DNA of 64,000 nucleotides from an uncultured delta proteobacterium. Its GTDB lineage: Bacteria; Desulfobacterota; Desulfobacteria; Desulfobacterales; Desulfatirhabdiaceae. Location of the stretch: positions 32,001 to 96,000 of the forward strand of contig CAWBKP010000004.1 in NCBI GenBank assembly GCA_963789395.1, read 5' to 3'. Positions 1 to 12,296 of this stretch are shown here, piece after piece. The notes below the pieces were generated by a model. It was not told where the DNA came from, ran no database searches, and saw only the letters and a program-made list of their open reading frames with translations. Position 1 is the first letter of the stretch; every line of letters begins with the position of its first letter. Both the position numbers and the translations under genes were made by a program.

Positions 1-1264
1 CAGTCACTGCTGCATGTATTTATCGGATGGATTCCAAGACGCCGACATACGTGCGGTGCCGGATCAACGGCGATCCGTATCTGCCGCCGGATATCATTTC
101 CGGGGATTCCCCCCTGGTGATCCGGATGAAAGACCGCCTCCAGCCCCTTCTGAAAGATCCGCTGATGAAACAATCCGAGGATGCATTTTCCCGTCAGGTA
201 TATGCGGAGCTGGAAAGCATCCGGGCCGCCGTGGTCTTTCCCATGATATTTGAAAATACCCTGAACGGATTTCTGACGATCGGGGATAAAAAATCCGGAG
301 ACCTTTTTCTGGCCGAAGACATGGACCTGCTGGAAACCCTGGCCAACCAGAGTTCCCTATCCATCGAAAACGCCCGATCCTACCAGAAAATTGAAGATCT
401 GAACAAACATCTCGAGGAAAAAGTGGCGGCACGGACCATCGAACTTCAAACCGCGCTCATTGAAAAAGAAAAAGCAATGGAATCGTTGATCCGGTCCGAG
501 AGCCTGGCTGCCATCGGCACCCTTGTCGCCGGCACGGCCCATGAATTGAACAACCCCCTTGCCAGCGCCATGAGCCTGATCCAGTCAACCCTTGAAGATC
601 TTTCCGCACGAACCGACATGCACCGTTGAATCCAGCAATTCAGGACGATCTGGAATTCGCCGGAAAGGAACTGGCCAGGGCAAAGGCCATTGTCAGCAGC
701 CTGCTGGGACTGTCCCGGCAGACGCAAACATATACCGAAGCCATCGATCTGAACGCCGTTGTAAAGGATGCGCTGCAGGTGCTGAGAAATCTTTACAAAA
801 ACCGGAAAATCGAAATCAGCGAGCAGTATGCCGAGGACCTGCCCCTTGTTACCGGGAATTTTGCAGGCCTGGGCCAGGTCGTTTTGAATATCATTCAAAA
901 CGCCATTCAGGCAACTGCGCCGTCTTCCGGAACCATTTTTCTGAAAACCGATGTTGACAGAGACCATCATCAGGTTATCTTTGAGTGTGAAGATTCCGGA
1001 CCCGGCATTCCCGATGCCATCCGTCAGGATATTTTCAAGCCTTTTTTCACCACAAAAGCGGTCGGCAAGGGAACCGGACTGGGGCTTTATATCTGTCACG
1101 ACATCGTGGAAAGACATGGCGGCACCCTCACCCTTGAAAAATCTCATGGGAAAGGCGCGCGGTTTGTGGTAAAATTACCGATTGAGATCATAGACCGATG
1201 GCCAGAAAGACGGAAAGCCTTTTTTGGAGAGTTGATATGCCGATTTATGAATTTAAATGTTTAA
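1..1264 (+). CDS. GAF-containing sensor histidine kinase (5' partial; frameshift ~625)
   Basis: GAF-like end (DMDLLETLANQSSLSIENA), H-box TAHELNNPL, N-box NIIQNA, G1 DSGPGI, F-box FFTTK, G2 GTGLGL across ORFs 27..629 and 626..1264. Confidence 0.85.
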
Positions 1265-1477
1265 AATGCAATGAATGTTTCGAGATCCTCTTTACCAGCT
1301 CCCAGGATACCGCCGAGCTGAAATGCGCCAAATGCGACAGCCAGGAAGTTGAGCGCGTTCTGAGCAGTACGAATTTCTCCGTAAGCAGCGGCAGCGGCGG
1401 CTACGGGCGCCTCCGCCCAGACCCGCAGCTGTTCCAGCGGTTCCTGCTCAACATTTGACATTCCCGGCCCCAGGTAA
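1237..1477 (+). CDS. FmdB-family zinc-ribbon protein (frameshift near 3' end)
   Basis: MPIYEFKCLKC...KCAKCDSQEVERVLS; GGAG RBS; tail CSSGSCSTFDIPGPR* in another frame. Confidence 0.8.
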
Positions 1478-1553
1478 TCCGAATCCATTCTCGCATTGAC
1501 AGCATTTCGTTTGATTCTTATTTTAGCAGGATTAACTCAGGGGAAAAGTTGAA

Positions 1554-2246
1554 ATGGTACAGCTTCACCGTCAGGAAAAGGAACAATTCAAAAAGCTCTT
1601 TAAACAGGAAGCCGTGGATCATTTTGATGACCGGCTGAAAGTGCTTGAGATCTTTTTGAATTCCGAACATCATGTGACGGTTGGAGAGCTGGTTTCCCTG
1701 ATCGAACAAAACGGGCACGCCTTGTCCCCCGACTTTGTTCTGGAGACGCTCAAACTGATGTGCCGGTTCGGATTTGCGCAAAAAAACCGGTTTGAAGACG
1801 GTCATATCCGATATGAACACATGCATCTGGGCCAGCACCATGATCACATGATCTGTACCCGGTGCAATGCCATCGTTGAATTTCAGAATGAAGAACTGGA
1901 AGTTCTCCAGTTGAAAATCGCCTCTGAATTCGGATTTCATACCCTTCAGCACAAAATGGAACTGTACGGCATCTGCGCCGGGTGCATGAAGGATCACGCC
2001 CGATTGATGTCCTTGACACTGGCCAAACAGGGAGAGCGGGTAAAGGTGAAGGAATTTACCGGCGGCTCCGAATCGCGAATGCGCCTGCTGTCCATGGGGC
2101 TGAGAATCGGCGACGAGGTGCAGGTGATCACCAATCTTGGCAAAGGACAGATGGCCATTGCGGTTGATTTTAAACGGTTTGTTATCGGACGCGGCCTGGC
2201 GCAGAAAATCATGGTGCTTCCGATTCAAGAGGAGAAAGCCTGCTGA
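1554..2246 (+). CDS. fur: Fur-family regulator fused to a C-terminal FeoA domain
   Basis: HHDHMICTRC and YGICAGC Fur motifs followed by FeoA motif RLLSMGLRIGDEV...IGRGLAQKI. Confidence 0.85.
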   Translation: MVQLHRQEKEQFKKLFKQEAVDHFDDRLKVLEIFLNSEHHVTVGELVSLIEQNGHALSPDFVLETLKLMCRFGFAQKNRFEDGHIRYEHMHLGQHHDHMICTRCNAIVEFQNEELEVLQLKIASEFGFHTLQHKMELYGICAGCMKDHARLMSLTLAKQGERVKVKEFTGGSESRMRLLSMGLRIGDEVQVITNLGKGQMAIAVDFKRFVIGRGLAQKIMVLPIQEEKAC

Positions 2247-2255
2247 CAGGCAATT

Positions 2256-2535
2256 ATGCTGCTGAGTGAAATCAAGGAAGGACAGACCGCCAGGATTCGT
2301 TCGCGTGGGCGGAAGCGGCGCCCTTCGAAGGCGCATCTTTGAAATGGGTATCGTCAAAGGCACGAAGGTGTACGTGGATAAATACGCCCCGCTCAAAGAT
2401 CCCCTTGAAATCATCGTCATGGGATACCACCTGTCGCTTCGTGTTGAAGAAGCCTCCCAGGTCACCGTGGAACCCGTGCAGACAGATGACAGGCAGCAGA
2501 CGCCGGATAACCGCCAGCTGCCATCCGCTGCTTAG
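2256..2535 (+). CDS. feoA: Ferrous iron transport protein A (frameshift near start)
   Basis: [13 protein letters not shown].../[30 protein letters not shown]...LSLRVEEA. Confidence 0.85.
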
Positions 2536-2546
2536 GAACGCCCAGC

Positions 2547-4740
2547 ATGAGCCCCCGAACCCTGACCATCGCCCTTGCCGGCAATCCCAATTCCGGAAAG
2601 ACGACGATTTTCAATAACCTGACCGGCGCCCACCAGAAAGTGGGAAACTGGTCCGGCGTGACGGTTGAAAAAAAAGAAGGCGTCATCCACCGCCACGGGT
2701 ATGAGCTTAAAATCATCGATCTTCCCGGAACCTACAGCCTGACGCCATTTTCCATCGAAGAAATTGTCGCCAGAAATTTTATCCTGGAAGAACATCCGGA
2801 TGTGGTCATTGACATTATCGATGCCTCCAACCTGGAGCGCAGCCTGTATCTGGCCACCCAGCTCCGGGAAATCGACTGCAAGGTTCTGTTTGCCCTGAAC
2901 ATGGCCGACATGGCCCAGTCCAGGGGCATCAAAATCCATACCGAAACGCTTTCCGATCTGCTGGATGTCCCGATCGTCTTTACGGTCGGCAACAAAAACG
3001 AGGGCATGGATGCGCTTTTGAAAAAAGCCATTGAACTGGCTGAAAAAACGCATCACATTCCCGAGGGTCGAAAGGTCAGATACAGCCAGGACATTGAATA
3101 CGCCATTTCCGGGCTTCAGGCTTTTCTGCAGAAAGGCATTTCCGGCGCGCTTCCCTACAACGACCGGTGGACGGCCATCAAACTCATCGAGGACGACAAG
3201 ATCGTCCGGGACCAGATGCTGACCCTTGCGGGAGATTCCCGCAAGGCGGTTCAGGATGAAATACAGGTTGCCCGGCAGTATATCATGGACCGGTTTGACG
3301 ATGATCCGGAGATTATCATGACCGATGAGCGCTACGGGTTCATCGCCGGCATTGTCAAGGAAACCGTTACCACCTCCGCCAGACAGCGGGTGGATATTTC
3401 CCGGAATATCGATCGGGTGCTGACCAACCGGTTTGTCGGGTTTCCGATCTTTGTCTTTTTTATCTGGGCCATGTTTCAGCTGACGTTTACGGTCGGCGAA
3501 ATCCCCAAAGCCTGGATTCAAAGCGCCGTCAACGGGCTGTCCTCTGTTCTGGAACTCCATCTTTCCGATTCCCTGTTCAAGGATCTGCTGCTGAACGGCG
3601 TTATCGCCGGCGTCGGGAGCGTGGTTGTTTTCCTTCCCAATATTCTGATCCTGTTTTTCTGCATCTCCCTGTTTGAAGACACCGGCTATATGGCCAGGAC
3701 CGCTTTTCTGATGGATAAAATCATGCACATGATCGGGCTGCACGGAAAATCCTTTATCCCGATGCTCATGGGGTTCGGGTGCAATGTCCCCGCCATCATG
3801 GCGACCCGGACCCTGGAAAGCGAAAAGGACCGCATTCTGACGATCCTGATCACCCCGTTCATGTCCTGCTCGGCCAGACTGCCCATCTATATCGTGCTGG
3901 CCGGCACGTTCTTTGCCGGCCGGGCCGGAACCGTCATCTTTTCCCTGTATCTGACGGGAATCGTTCTGTCCATCATTACGGGCCGCATGCTGCGCTCCAC
4001 GATTTTAAAAGGCATGGATGCCCCGTTTGTGATGGAACTGCCGCCCTACCGGGTGCCCATGGCCAGAAGCGTGATGATTCATATGTGGGAACGCAGCAAG
4101 ATGTTTCTGAAAAAAATGGGCAATATCATTTTGATCGGCTCTGTCATCATCTGGGCGCTCTCGGCGTTTCCCCGGAACATCCCCTACTCGAAAGATTATC
4201 CCGCGAAATTCAAAAACTCCAGCAGAAAGCGGCCGATGACATACAGGCAGCTCCGCCGATGATGCGGCCCGAATCGCCCTGGAAAAAGAAACGGCGGCTT
4301 CAATCGAGGCCATCAAGCGGGATCATGCAGGCTGAAAAAATCGAGAACTCCTATATGGGCCGCATCGGGAAAAATGATCGCGCCGGTTTTTTCACCGCTT
4401 GGCATCGACTGGCGGGGGAGCGTGGCGCTTCTTTCCGGTTTTGTGGCCAAGGAAATCGTTGTCAGCACGATGGGCATTCTCTATGCCGCCGAAGGCGACA
4501 ATGCACTCCGAGGCCCTTCGCACGGCGCTGTTGTCCTCGGGCATGACCCCGCTGTCCGCCATTTCCATGCTGGTATTTGTCTTGCTCTATTTGCCCTGTC
4601 TTGCTACGATGGCCGCCATTCGCAGAGAGCTGCGATCCTGGAAATGGATGCTGTTCAGTATCGGATACAGCACATCTCTTGCCTGGGTCATGGCCTTTCT
4701 GGTCTTTCAGGGGGGAAAACTGCTGCGTCTTGGCGTGTGA
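2547..4740 (+). CDS. feoB: Ferrous iron transport protein B (frameshifts in 3' third)
   Basis: [70 protein letters not shown]. Confidence 0.95.
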
Positions 4741-4748
4741 GGACTGCT

Positions 4749-5193
4749 ATGAAAATCAAATCCCTGTGGTTTTGCGGCGTTTTTGTTTTTCTGTTTCTCT
4801 TCGTGCGGGGCGGCTCAGGCCGGACAGCGCATTTCGGTTTCCGCGGCCGAGGCCAATATTCGATCCGGCGCGGGCAATAATTTTGACGTGCTCTGGAAAT
4901 CCGAGAAATACTATCCTTTCAGCGTTATCAAAAAAGTCGGGGACTGGTATCAGGTAAAGGATTTTCAGGGGGATGAAGGATGGGTGCATCAATCCCTGGT
5001 CGGCAATACGCCCTCGGTCATCACGGCAAAGGATAAAAACGTGCTTCGCTCCGAACCCAAGCCGGACGCCAAAGTCCTGTTTTCCGTCGGGCCGGGCATT
5101 CCCTTTAAAGTCGTCAAACGCAACGGCAAATGGATTCTGGTCGAACATGCGGATGGCGACAAGGGATGGATTCACGAATCCACGGTATGGTAA
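4749..5193 (+). CDS. Secreted tandem bacterial SH3-domain protein
   Basis: Signal-like N-terminus; two units ANIRSG...WYQVKDFQGDEGWVH and LRSEP...WILVEHADGDKGWIH. Confidence 0.75.
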
Positions 5194-5209
5194 CGATAAG
5201 GAAAATCAT

Positions 5210-6182
5210 ATGAAAAATGTAATTGTCGGCATCGGTTCCGCCCTGGTGGATATCCTCGCCCATGAAACAGAGGCGTTTCTGCACAAATCCGGAGCCGTCA
5301 AGGGGGGCATGACGCTGGTTGACAATGCGATTATCGAAAGCGTTCTCTCGGGCCTGCAAGCCTCTCCCAGCGTTGTTCCGGGCGGATCTGCCTGCAATAC
5401 GATGATCGGCATCGCCAGGCTTGGCGGGGCTTCGCGGTTTGTCGGAAAACGGGGGGCCGGGCCAATGGGCGCTTTTTTTGAAACCGGCCTGGTTGAAAAC
5501 GGGGTGGAGCCCCATTTGCTGCATTCCCCTTCCCGCACCGGCAGGGTGCTTTCCATCATCACGCCGGATGCCCAGCGGTCCATGCTGACGTATCTTGGCG
5601 CTTCTTCGGAAATTCAGCCCGAAGAAATCGCCGACGCCCATTTTGAAGGCGCGGCCGTGGTTCATATCGAAGGCTATCTGCTGTTTAATCCGGCGCTGAT
5701 CCTGCAGTCCCTGTCGCTGGCAAAAAGATCCGGGCGCACGGATATCGCTGGATCTTTCCAGCTTTACGGTTGTTGAATCCAACAAGGTCCTGCTGGATCA
5801 GATCGTGGATGAATTTGTCGATATTCTGATCGCCAACGAAGACGAGGCCCGGGCGTTTACGGGCCATGCCGACGAAAGCCGCATGATCGAAAGCCTTTCC
5901 TCACGGGCCGAGATTGCCGTTCTGAAGGTCGGCAGCCGCGGCAGCTATATTTCACAGCAGGGAAAGACGCATCGGGTCGAGCCTGTCGGAGACGGCAGCG
6001 CCGTCGACACCACCGGCGCCGGCGATTTGTGGGCGTCCGGATTCCTGTTTGGCCTGGTCAACGGGTATTCTTTGGAAAAATGCGGCAAACTGGCCTCGGC
6101 CTGTGGATATGAAGTCTGCCAGGTCATTGGCGCCGGCATCCCGCATGACGGGTGGGAACGCATTCGAAAGCTTCTGGACTAA
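5210..6182 (+). CDS. PfkB-family (adenosine/inosine-like) kinase (frameshift ~5735)
   Basis: GIGSALVDI, PGGSACNT, ANEDEA, DTTGAGDLWASGFL. Confidence 0.85.
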
Positions 6183-6235
6183 CTGATGGCTTTGTAAATC
6201 ACCGTTTCCGATTTCTGACTTTTTTTGGAGGTATC

Positions 6236-6920
6236 ATGGCACAAAAACTGACCCGCAAACAGCTTTTTAAAGAGCCTGATGAATTCATCACGTTTTCCGG
6301 AAAACTGATTCAATGGCTCACCACCTATAAACAGCAGGCTACCCTTGCCGCCGGTGTCGTGGTTGCGCTTCTTGTTGCAACAGCAGGCTTTCAGGCCTAT
6401 TTACACCATGCCGAAAACAAGGCGTCCGAACTCCTGACCGAGAGCCTGGCCCAGTACCAGACGGCCATGAAAGCCAATGATCCGGTAAAGGCGTATCAGG
6501 CCGTTGAAAAATCGTTTACCCGGATTCTGGATGACTATTCCGCAAGACGCATGGGAAAGATCGCCGGAATCGAATTTGCCAATATCTGCTTTCGGGCCGG
6601 CGAATTTGACAAGGCAATCTCCCTGTACAAAACCGCCCTGGATGATTTCAGCAACGCCCCGTTTTACAAAAATCTCATTTTGAGCAGCCTGGGGTATGCC
6701 TTTGACGGGAAAAAAGACTATGAATCCGCCGTCAAATATTTTGAAATGCTGACCACATCCGACTGACGCCTCCCTGAAAGATCTCAGCCTTTACAATCTG
6801 GCTTCCGTATATGAAAAAATGGGGAACAAGGAAAAAAGCAAGGCAACGTTTGCGCGGATTGCAGCGGAATTTCCCAACTCCATCTATTTTGAAATCGCCA
6901 AAGAAAAAAGCCTTGGCTGA
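6236..6920 (+). CDS. YfgM-like membrane-anchored TPR protein (frameshift ~6765)
   Basis: KLTRKQLFKEPDEFIT N-terminus, single TM helix, TPR-like helices. Confidence 0.7.
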
Positions 6921-7061
6921 TCCGCCCGCCTTCTTCCGCACCTTGAGCCATGAAAGACCCGGAGCTGACAGACCGCAATGATCCTTGTAGATCGCCAGCG
7001 ATCCCCCTGGCGAGCCTGGCAAGGCCTTTTTGCAGCCTTGCAGTCATGGCCTGGAGAACAA

Positions 7062-9133
7062 ATGAAAATCGCCTATACGTATAATTTACAGTTGACCGAC
7101 AGCGAAGAGGATGCCGCGTTTGACAGGCCGGAAACCGTTGAAGCGATCGCCGGAGCGCTGAAGGCCCTGGGCCATCAGGTGGAACGGGTCGAGGTTTCGG
7201 GGCCGGCATCCCGGCTGGTGGCAAGGCTTGAGGCCCTGAATCCGGACCTGATCTTTAATACGGCGGCCGGAAAGGGCGGGGAAAAGCCGTGAGGCATTTT
7301 ATCCGGGGCTGTTTGAGCAGCTCGGAATGCCGTATACCGGATCCGATGCCTATGTGTGCACCCTGACCACGGACAAACGCCTGACCAAAATGCTGGTTGC
7401 GGCCAGCGGCGTGCCCACGCCCCGATGGGTGTTTGTGGAAAGCGTCCACAACTGGGTCCAGCCGGATCTGACCTATCCGGTGATAGTCAAACCCAATTAT
7501 GAAGGCAGCTCCAAGGGCATTGACCAGCAGTCCATCGTGGAGGCGCCGGATCAGCTTCTCAAACAGGTGACGGGACTGTTGATCCGATATCCCGCCGGGG
7601 TTCTGATCGAGGAGTTTATTGAGGGCAAGGATGTGATTGTCCCCTTTCTGGAAAAAGCGTCCCGAAAAACCGGGGGAATCCTTCCGCCCGGTGAATACCG
7701 CTTTGACCCTTCGGTGGTTTCAGGACCACAAGCATGTCATTTATGATTACAGCCTTCAGCAATTGCCGGATGCCGTTACCGTCAAGGTGCCGGCGGTGCT
7801 TTCCCCCAAAACCGCAAAACACCTCCTGCGCCTGTCCCAGACCATTTGCAAGGTCCTGGACATTCGCGACCTGGCCCGGCTGGATTACCGGCTGACCGCC
7901 AGAGGGCCGGGTGTATTTTATTGAGGCCAACGCCCTTCCCAGCCTGGAGCCCGGCGCCACGGTCCATGCTTCCGCCGCGCTTGCCGGTCTTGGCTCCATG
8001 GAAGCGGTTCTGGATGCGGTGATAAAGAGCGCCGTGGAGCGTTACGGCATTCAGATGTCCGTGCGCTCCCGAAACCGGCGAAAGGCACTGAAAGTTGGAT
8101 TTACGTTCAACCTGAAGCGCATCAAGCCCCTGGATTCAAATGATGATGACAGAGAGGCGGAATTTGACAGCCGGGCCACGATCGATTCCATCATCGGCGC
8201 CATTGCCTCCCACGGCCATGAGGTGGTGGAAATTGAGGCCACGCCGGAGCTGCCGTCCATCATCGGTTCCATGCCCCTGGATATTGTCTTTAACATTGCC
8301 GAAGGCATTCATGGCCGAAACCGGGAATCCCAGGTGCCGGCCATCCTGGAGCTTCTGAATATTCCCTACGTGGGATCTGATCCGGCTGCCCTGTCCATCT
8401 GCCTGGACAAGGTTCTGGCAAAAAAAATGGTGCGCCAGGCCGGCATCCATACGGCCGATTTTATCGTCATGCGTACGGGAAAGGAGCGGCTTCCCAGAAA
8501 CCTTCATTTTCCGGTGATCATCAAACCCATTGCCGAAGGCAGTTCCAAAGGGGTCATGGGAATGAACGTGGTGCAGGATGAGGCGGATCTCAGGCGGCTT
8601 TCCCGTGAACTGCTTTCAAAATATCACCAGCCGGTTCTGGTTGAAGAATATCTTTCCGGAAGGGAATTCACCGTCGGGCTGCTTGGGCGAAAACCGGCCC
8701 AAGGTGCTGCCGCCGATGGAAATTCTCTTTAACAACAAGGAAGACCGGTTTCCGGTCTATGCGTTCGAGCACAAGCTGGACACCAACGAATCCATATCTT
8801 ATCAGGCGCCGGCGAATATCGACCGGTCGCTTCAAAAAAACCTGGAGCATGTTGCCAGGTGCGCATTCACGGCCCTGGGCTGCCGGGATGTGGCGCGGGT
8901 GGATCTGCAGGCTGGACAGAAGCGAGCGTATCCATTTTATCGAATGCAATCCGCTGCCGGGGCTGACCCCCGGATGGTCGGATTTGTGCATTATCGGCGA
9001 GGCGGCCGGAATGGATTACCGGACCCTCATCGGCGAAATCATGGCGCCGGCGATCCGGCGCATGAAGGTCAAAGGAAAAAGCCTGAAGGATTTAATATTG
9101 ACATTTCAGGGGAACTTCAGGTCAAAATTATAA
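7062..9133 (+). CDS. Tandem D-Ala-D-Ala-ligase-like (double ATP-grasp) protein, several frameshifts
   Basis: Two copies of FN.AEG..RE, PY.GSD, P.I.KP..EGSSKG, EE...G, RD.AR.D, FIE.N.LP; junction is in one frame (ORF 7911..8732). Confidence 0.75.
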
Positions 9134-9286
9134 CAGATTTAACGGAAACCTGAGGGTATGATAAACGTCACTCAGCGCGGGAAGCATTGATCAGGCGTAT
9201 TTCGTGAACAGACGGCTTTTATCTTTTGTCGTGGATCGGATCGATCACAGGTGTATGAAGGACAATTTAATTTTTGGAGGAATTGA

Positions 9287-10050
9287 ATGAAAAAATCAAT
9301 ATTTAAAGGTCTTATAATTCTGGCATTGGCCGGTATGGTGTTCAGCCGGCATGGCCGCAGCCGAGGAAAAAACCTATATTAACGGCATAGACGCCAATTA
9401 TCCGCCGTTCAGCTTTATTGACAGCAAAGGCGAACCCGATGGGTTTGATATAAAGGCCATTAACTGGATCGCCAAGGAAATGGGCTTCAAGGTCAAACAC
9501 CAGCCAACGCAGTGGGAATCCATCATTCCCAGCCTGAAAGCCGGTAAAATAGACTTGATCGCATCCGGAATGAGCGTTGACGAACCGCGTAAACAGCAGG
9601 TCAATTTCTCCACATGTTATTATAAAACCGTGATGATTCTGGTTGCCAAAAAAGACAATCCCATCATGCCGGACAAGACCATGGAACCGGACATGAAATG
9701 GGGCGTCCAGCGCGGCACTTCGGAAGCCAATTGGATTCAAGACAAGCTGATAGAAGATAAGGAAAAGAAATTCAAGCTTCATGCAGTACGATTCCGCGCC
9801 CCTGGCCATGGAGGATGTCCTGAACGGCCGCATTGACGTTGCCGCGGTGTCTCAGTCATCCGCCGAAGAGTTCATGGAAAAAGGAATGGCCATAAAAATT
9901 CTCGGAAGCTATGGGCAGCCGGATGATGAAACCGCGTATGCCTGCCGAAAAGAAGACACCGAGCTCCTGAACAAATTGAACGAAGGACTCAAACGCCTGA
10001 TGGCCAGCGCAACCTGGAAGGAATTAAAGAAAAAATACGACGTCAGATAA
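9287..10050 (+). CDS. Polar amino-acid ABC transporter substrate-binding protein
   Basis: Signal peptide; DANYPPFSF, GFDI, WESIIPSLKAGKIDLI, GVQRGT; two frameshifts. Confidence 0.9.
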
Positions 10051-10084
10051 TTCACGTTACAGGTTGCTTGAATCGCAGTCATTC

Positions 10085-10120
10085 AAGGCTTCGGGAGCAA
10101 TCCCGAAGCCTTCCCTTTTT
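10085..10120 (+). terminator. Stem-loop (terminator or stabiliser) after binding-protein gene
   Basis: AAGGCTTCGGGA-GCAA-TCCCGAAGCCTT 12-bp stem followed by CCCTTTTT. Confidence 0.65.
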
Positions 10121-10184
10121 ATGGCGGCTGCTTTTGACCGCATTGAAACCCCTGACAATCCTCCATTTTTTTCTCCGGCTCCTT

Positions 10185-10857
10185 ATGACATCTAACGGCA
10201 TCACCGCAATTCAGGAAGGTTTTTTTTACCTTCTCAAAGGATCATGGATCAATCTGGCCGTGGTGGTCGGCGCCATGGGCTTTGGGTTTCTGCTGGGACT
10301 TCCCCTGGCGCTGGGCCAGGTTTATTCCGGAAAAACGACTGCGTGCAATGATCCATGTCTACGTGTGGTTTTTTCGCGGCATTCCCCTTCTGGTGTTTTT
10401 ATTTCTGTTTTATTTCGGCCTGGTTTCCTTTCTGGACATCAACCTTTCGGCGTTTTCAGTGGCGATTATCGTTCTGGGGCTCATCAGCGCCGCATATCAG
10501 TCCCAGATTCTGCGGGGCGCGATTCTCTCCATTCCGGACGGCCAGATGAAGGCGGCCCGGGCCCTGGGGATGAGCGATGCCAGGGCCGTCTTTCATGTGA
10601 TTCTGCCTCAGGCCCTTCGCATCTCCATTCCGGCCTGGTCCAATGAATATTCCATTCTGCTGAAGGATTCCGCGGTGACCTATGCGCTCGGCGTTTCGGA
10701 ACTCATGTCCCGCGCCAATCATGTGGCTTCCCGGACTTACCAGCATCTCCATCTTTACCTGCTGGCCGGTTTCATGTTCATGCTTCTGACCTACCTGGGA
10801 ACCCGGGGCCTGGCGGCACTGCAAAAGCGCCTGAAAATTCCCGGATATACGCACTAA
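10185..10857 (+). CDS. Polar amino-acid ABC permease
   Basis: FFRGIPLLV, AYQSQILRGAILSIPDGQMKAARALGM, VILPQA. Confidence 0.9.
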
Positions 10858-10867
10858 AGAAAGCCGC

Positions 10868-11622
10868 ATGGAACCCATTTTAGCAGATTGAAAATCTTTA
10901 CAAGCAATTCGGCGATCGTCCGGTTCTGAATGATGTCTCGCTGTCGATCAACGCCGGCGAAATCAAGGTGCTGATCGGCCCTTCGGGCGCCGGAAAAAGC
11001 ACCCTGCTTCAAAGCATCAATTACCTGGTCCCCCCGGACAGCGGCAGGATATTTCTGGAAGGCCGCCTGGTCAACGGCGGGGATAAAAAAGCCCTGTGCG
11101 GCTATCGCCAGCAGGTGGGAATGATTTTTCAGGATTTCAACCTCTTTGATCATTTGAGCGCGGTTTCCAATATTGAAATCGGTCTGATCCGGGTCAAGGG
11201 CCTTCCAAGACCGCCGCCAGACAGCGGGCCATGGCGGAGCTGGACCGGGTGGGGCTGACCTCTCACGCAAACCATTATCCGGCGGAGCTTTCCGGCGGCC
11301 AGAAACAGCGGGTTTCCATTGCCCGGGCCCTGGCCATGGACCCCAAAATCATGCTTCTGGATGAGCCCACGTCCGCGCTGGATCCGGAACTGATCGGCGA
11401 AGTGCTTTCCGTTATCGCAAAACTGGGCCAGGCCGGAATGACCATGATTCTGGCAACCCATCAGATTGCGTTTGCCAGAAACCTGGCAACGGAAATGATT
11501 TTCATGGAAGCCGGCAAAATCGTGGAACAGGGACCGCCGGATGTCATTTTAAACCATGCCTGCTGCGTGCGGACGCGCGAATTCTGTTCCAGCATCACGC
11601 GACCTGACCTGCGACAAGATAA
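10868..11622 (+). CDS. Polar amino-acid ABC ATP-binding protein (frameshifted)
   Basis: GPSGAGKST, FQDFNLF, LSGGQKQRV, LLDEPTSALDPE; TAATG overlap with next gene. Confidence 0.9.
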
Positions 11623-12296
11623 TGGAAGAACTGGTCTATATTCAACACACGGTGTTTCCGTCCCTGATGCAGGGACTGGGCGTCAGCATGCTGCTGATCC
11701 TGCCGTCGGCCATCTGCGGCCTCTGTCTGGGAGTTGCGGCCGGGACCCTTCAGGTCTATGGCTCGCCGCTGACAAAAATCCTGATGAACGGCTATGTGCT
11801 GATTTTCAGGGGATTTCCCCTGATCATTCAGCTTTATATCTGGTATTTCGGACTTGCCCGGATCGGCATATTTCTGTCCCCTTACACGGCCTCGGTCCTC
11901 GGGTTCAGCCTGTGCAGCGCAGCCTATCATTCCGAGTATATCCGCGGCGCCCTGCTTTCCATCAAGCACGGCCAGGCCGCGGCAGCCCAGGCCCTGGGGT
12001 TTACCCGCGTTCAGACCCTTTTGTCCATTATCCTGCCCCAGGCCATGCGAAGGGCGCTTCCGGGCTGCGGCAATGAAATCATCTACCTGATCAAGTATTC
12101 ATCCCTGGCGTACATGGTTACCTGCATCGAGCTGACCGGAAAGGCAAAAATACTGGCGTCCGCATCCTTCAAATACATCGAGGTGTTCATGATTGTCGGC
12201 GCAATCTATCTTTTTCTGGTGTCGCTGGCGTCCTGGCTGCTGGGCCGCCTTGAAACCCGGTTGGTCGTTCCGGGGTTTGAGCGGTACAAATCATGA
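11622..12296 (+). CDS. Polar amino-acid ABC permease
   Basis: IFRGFPLIIQ, AYHSEYIRGA, ILPQAMRRALPGCGNE. Confidence 0.9.
   Translation: MEELVYIQHTVFPSLMQGLGVSMLLILPSAICGLCLGVAAGTLQVYGSPLTKILMNGYVLIFRGFPLIIQLYIWYFGLARIGIFLSPYTASVLGFSLCSAAYHSEYIRGALLSIKHGQAAAAQALGFTRVQTLLSIILPQAMRRALPGCGNEIIYLIKYSSLAYMVTCIELTGKAKILASASFKYIEVFMIVGAIYLFLVSLASWLLGRLETRLVVPGFERYKS

Noticed and set aside
2241..2258. Fur-FeoA ends Cys-TGA in frame with the next feoA (possible CU read-through)
   Set aside because: No SECIS-like hairpin follows; the site is a linker and feoA has its own ATG
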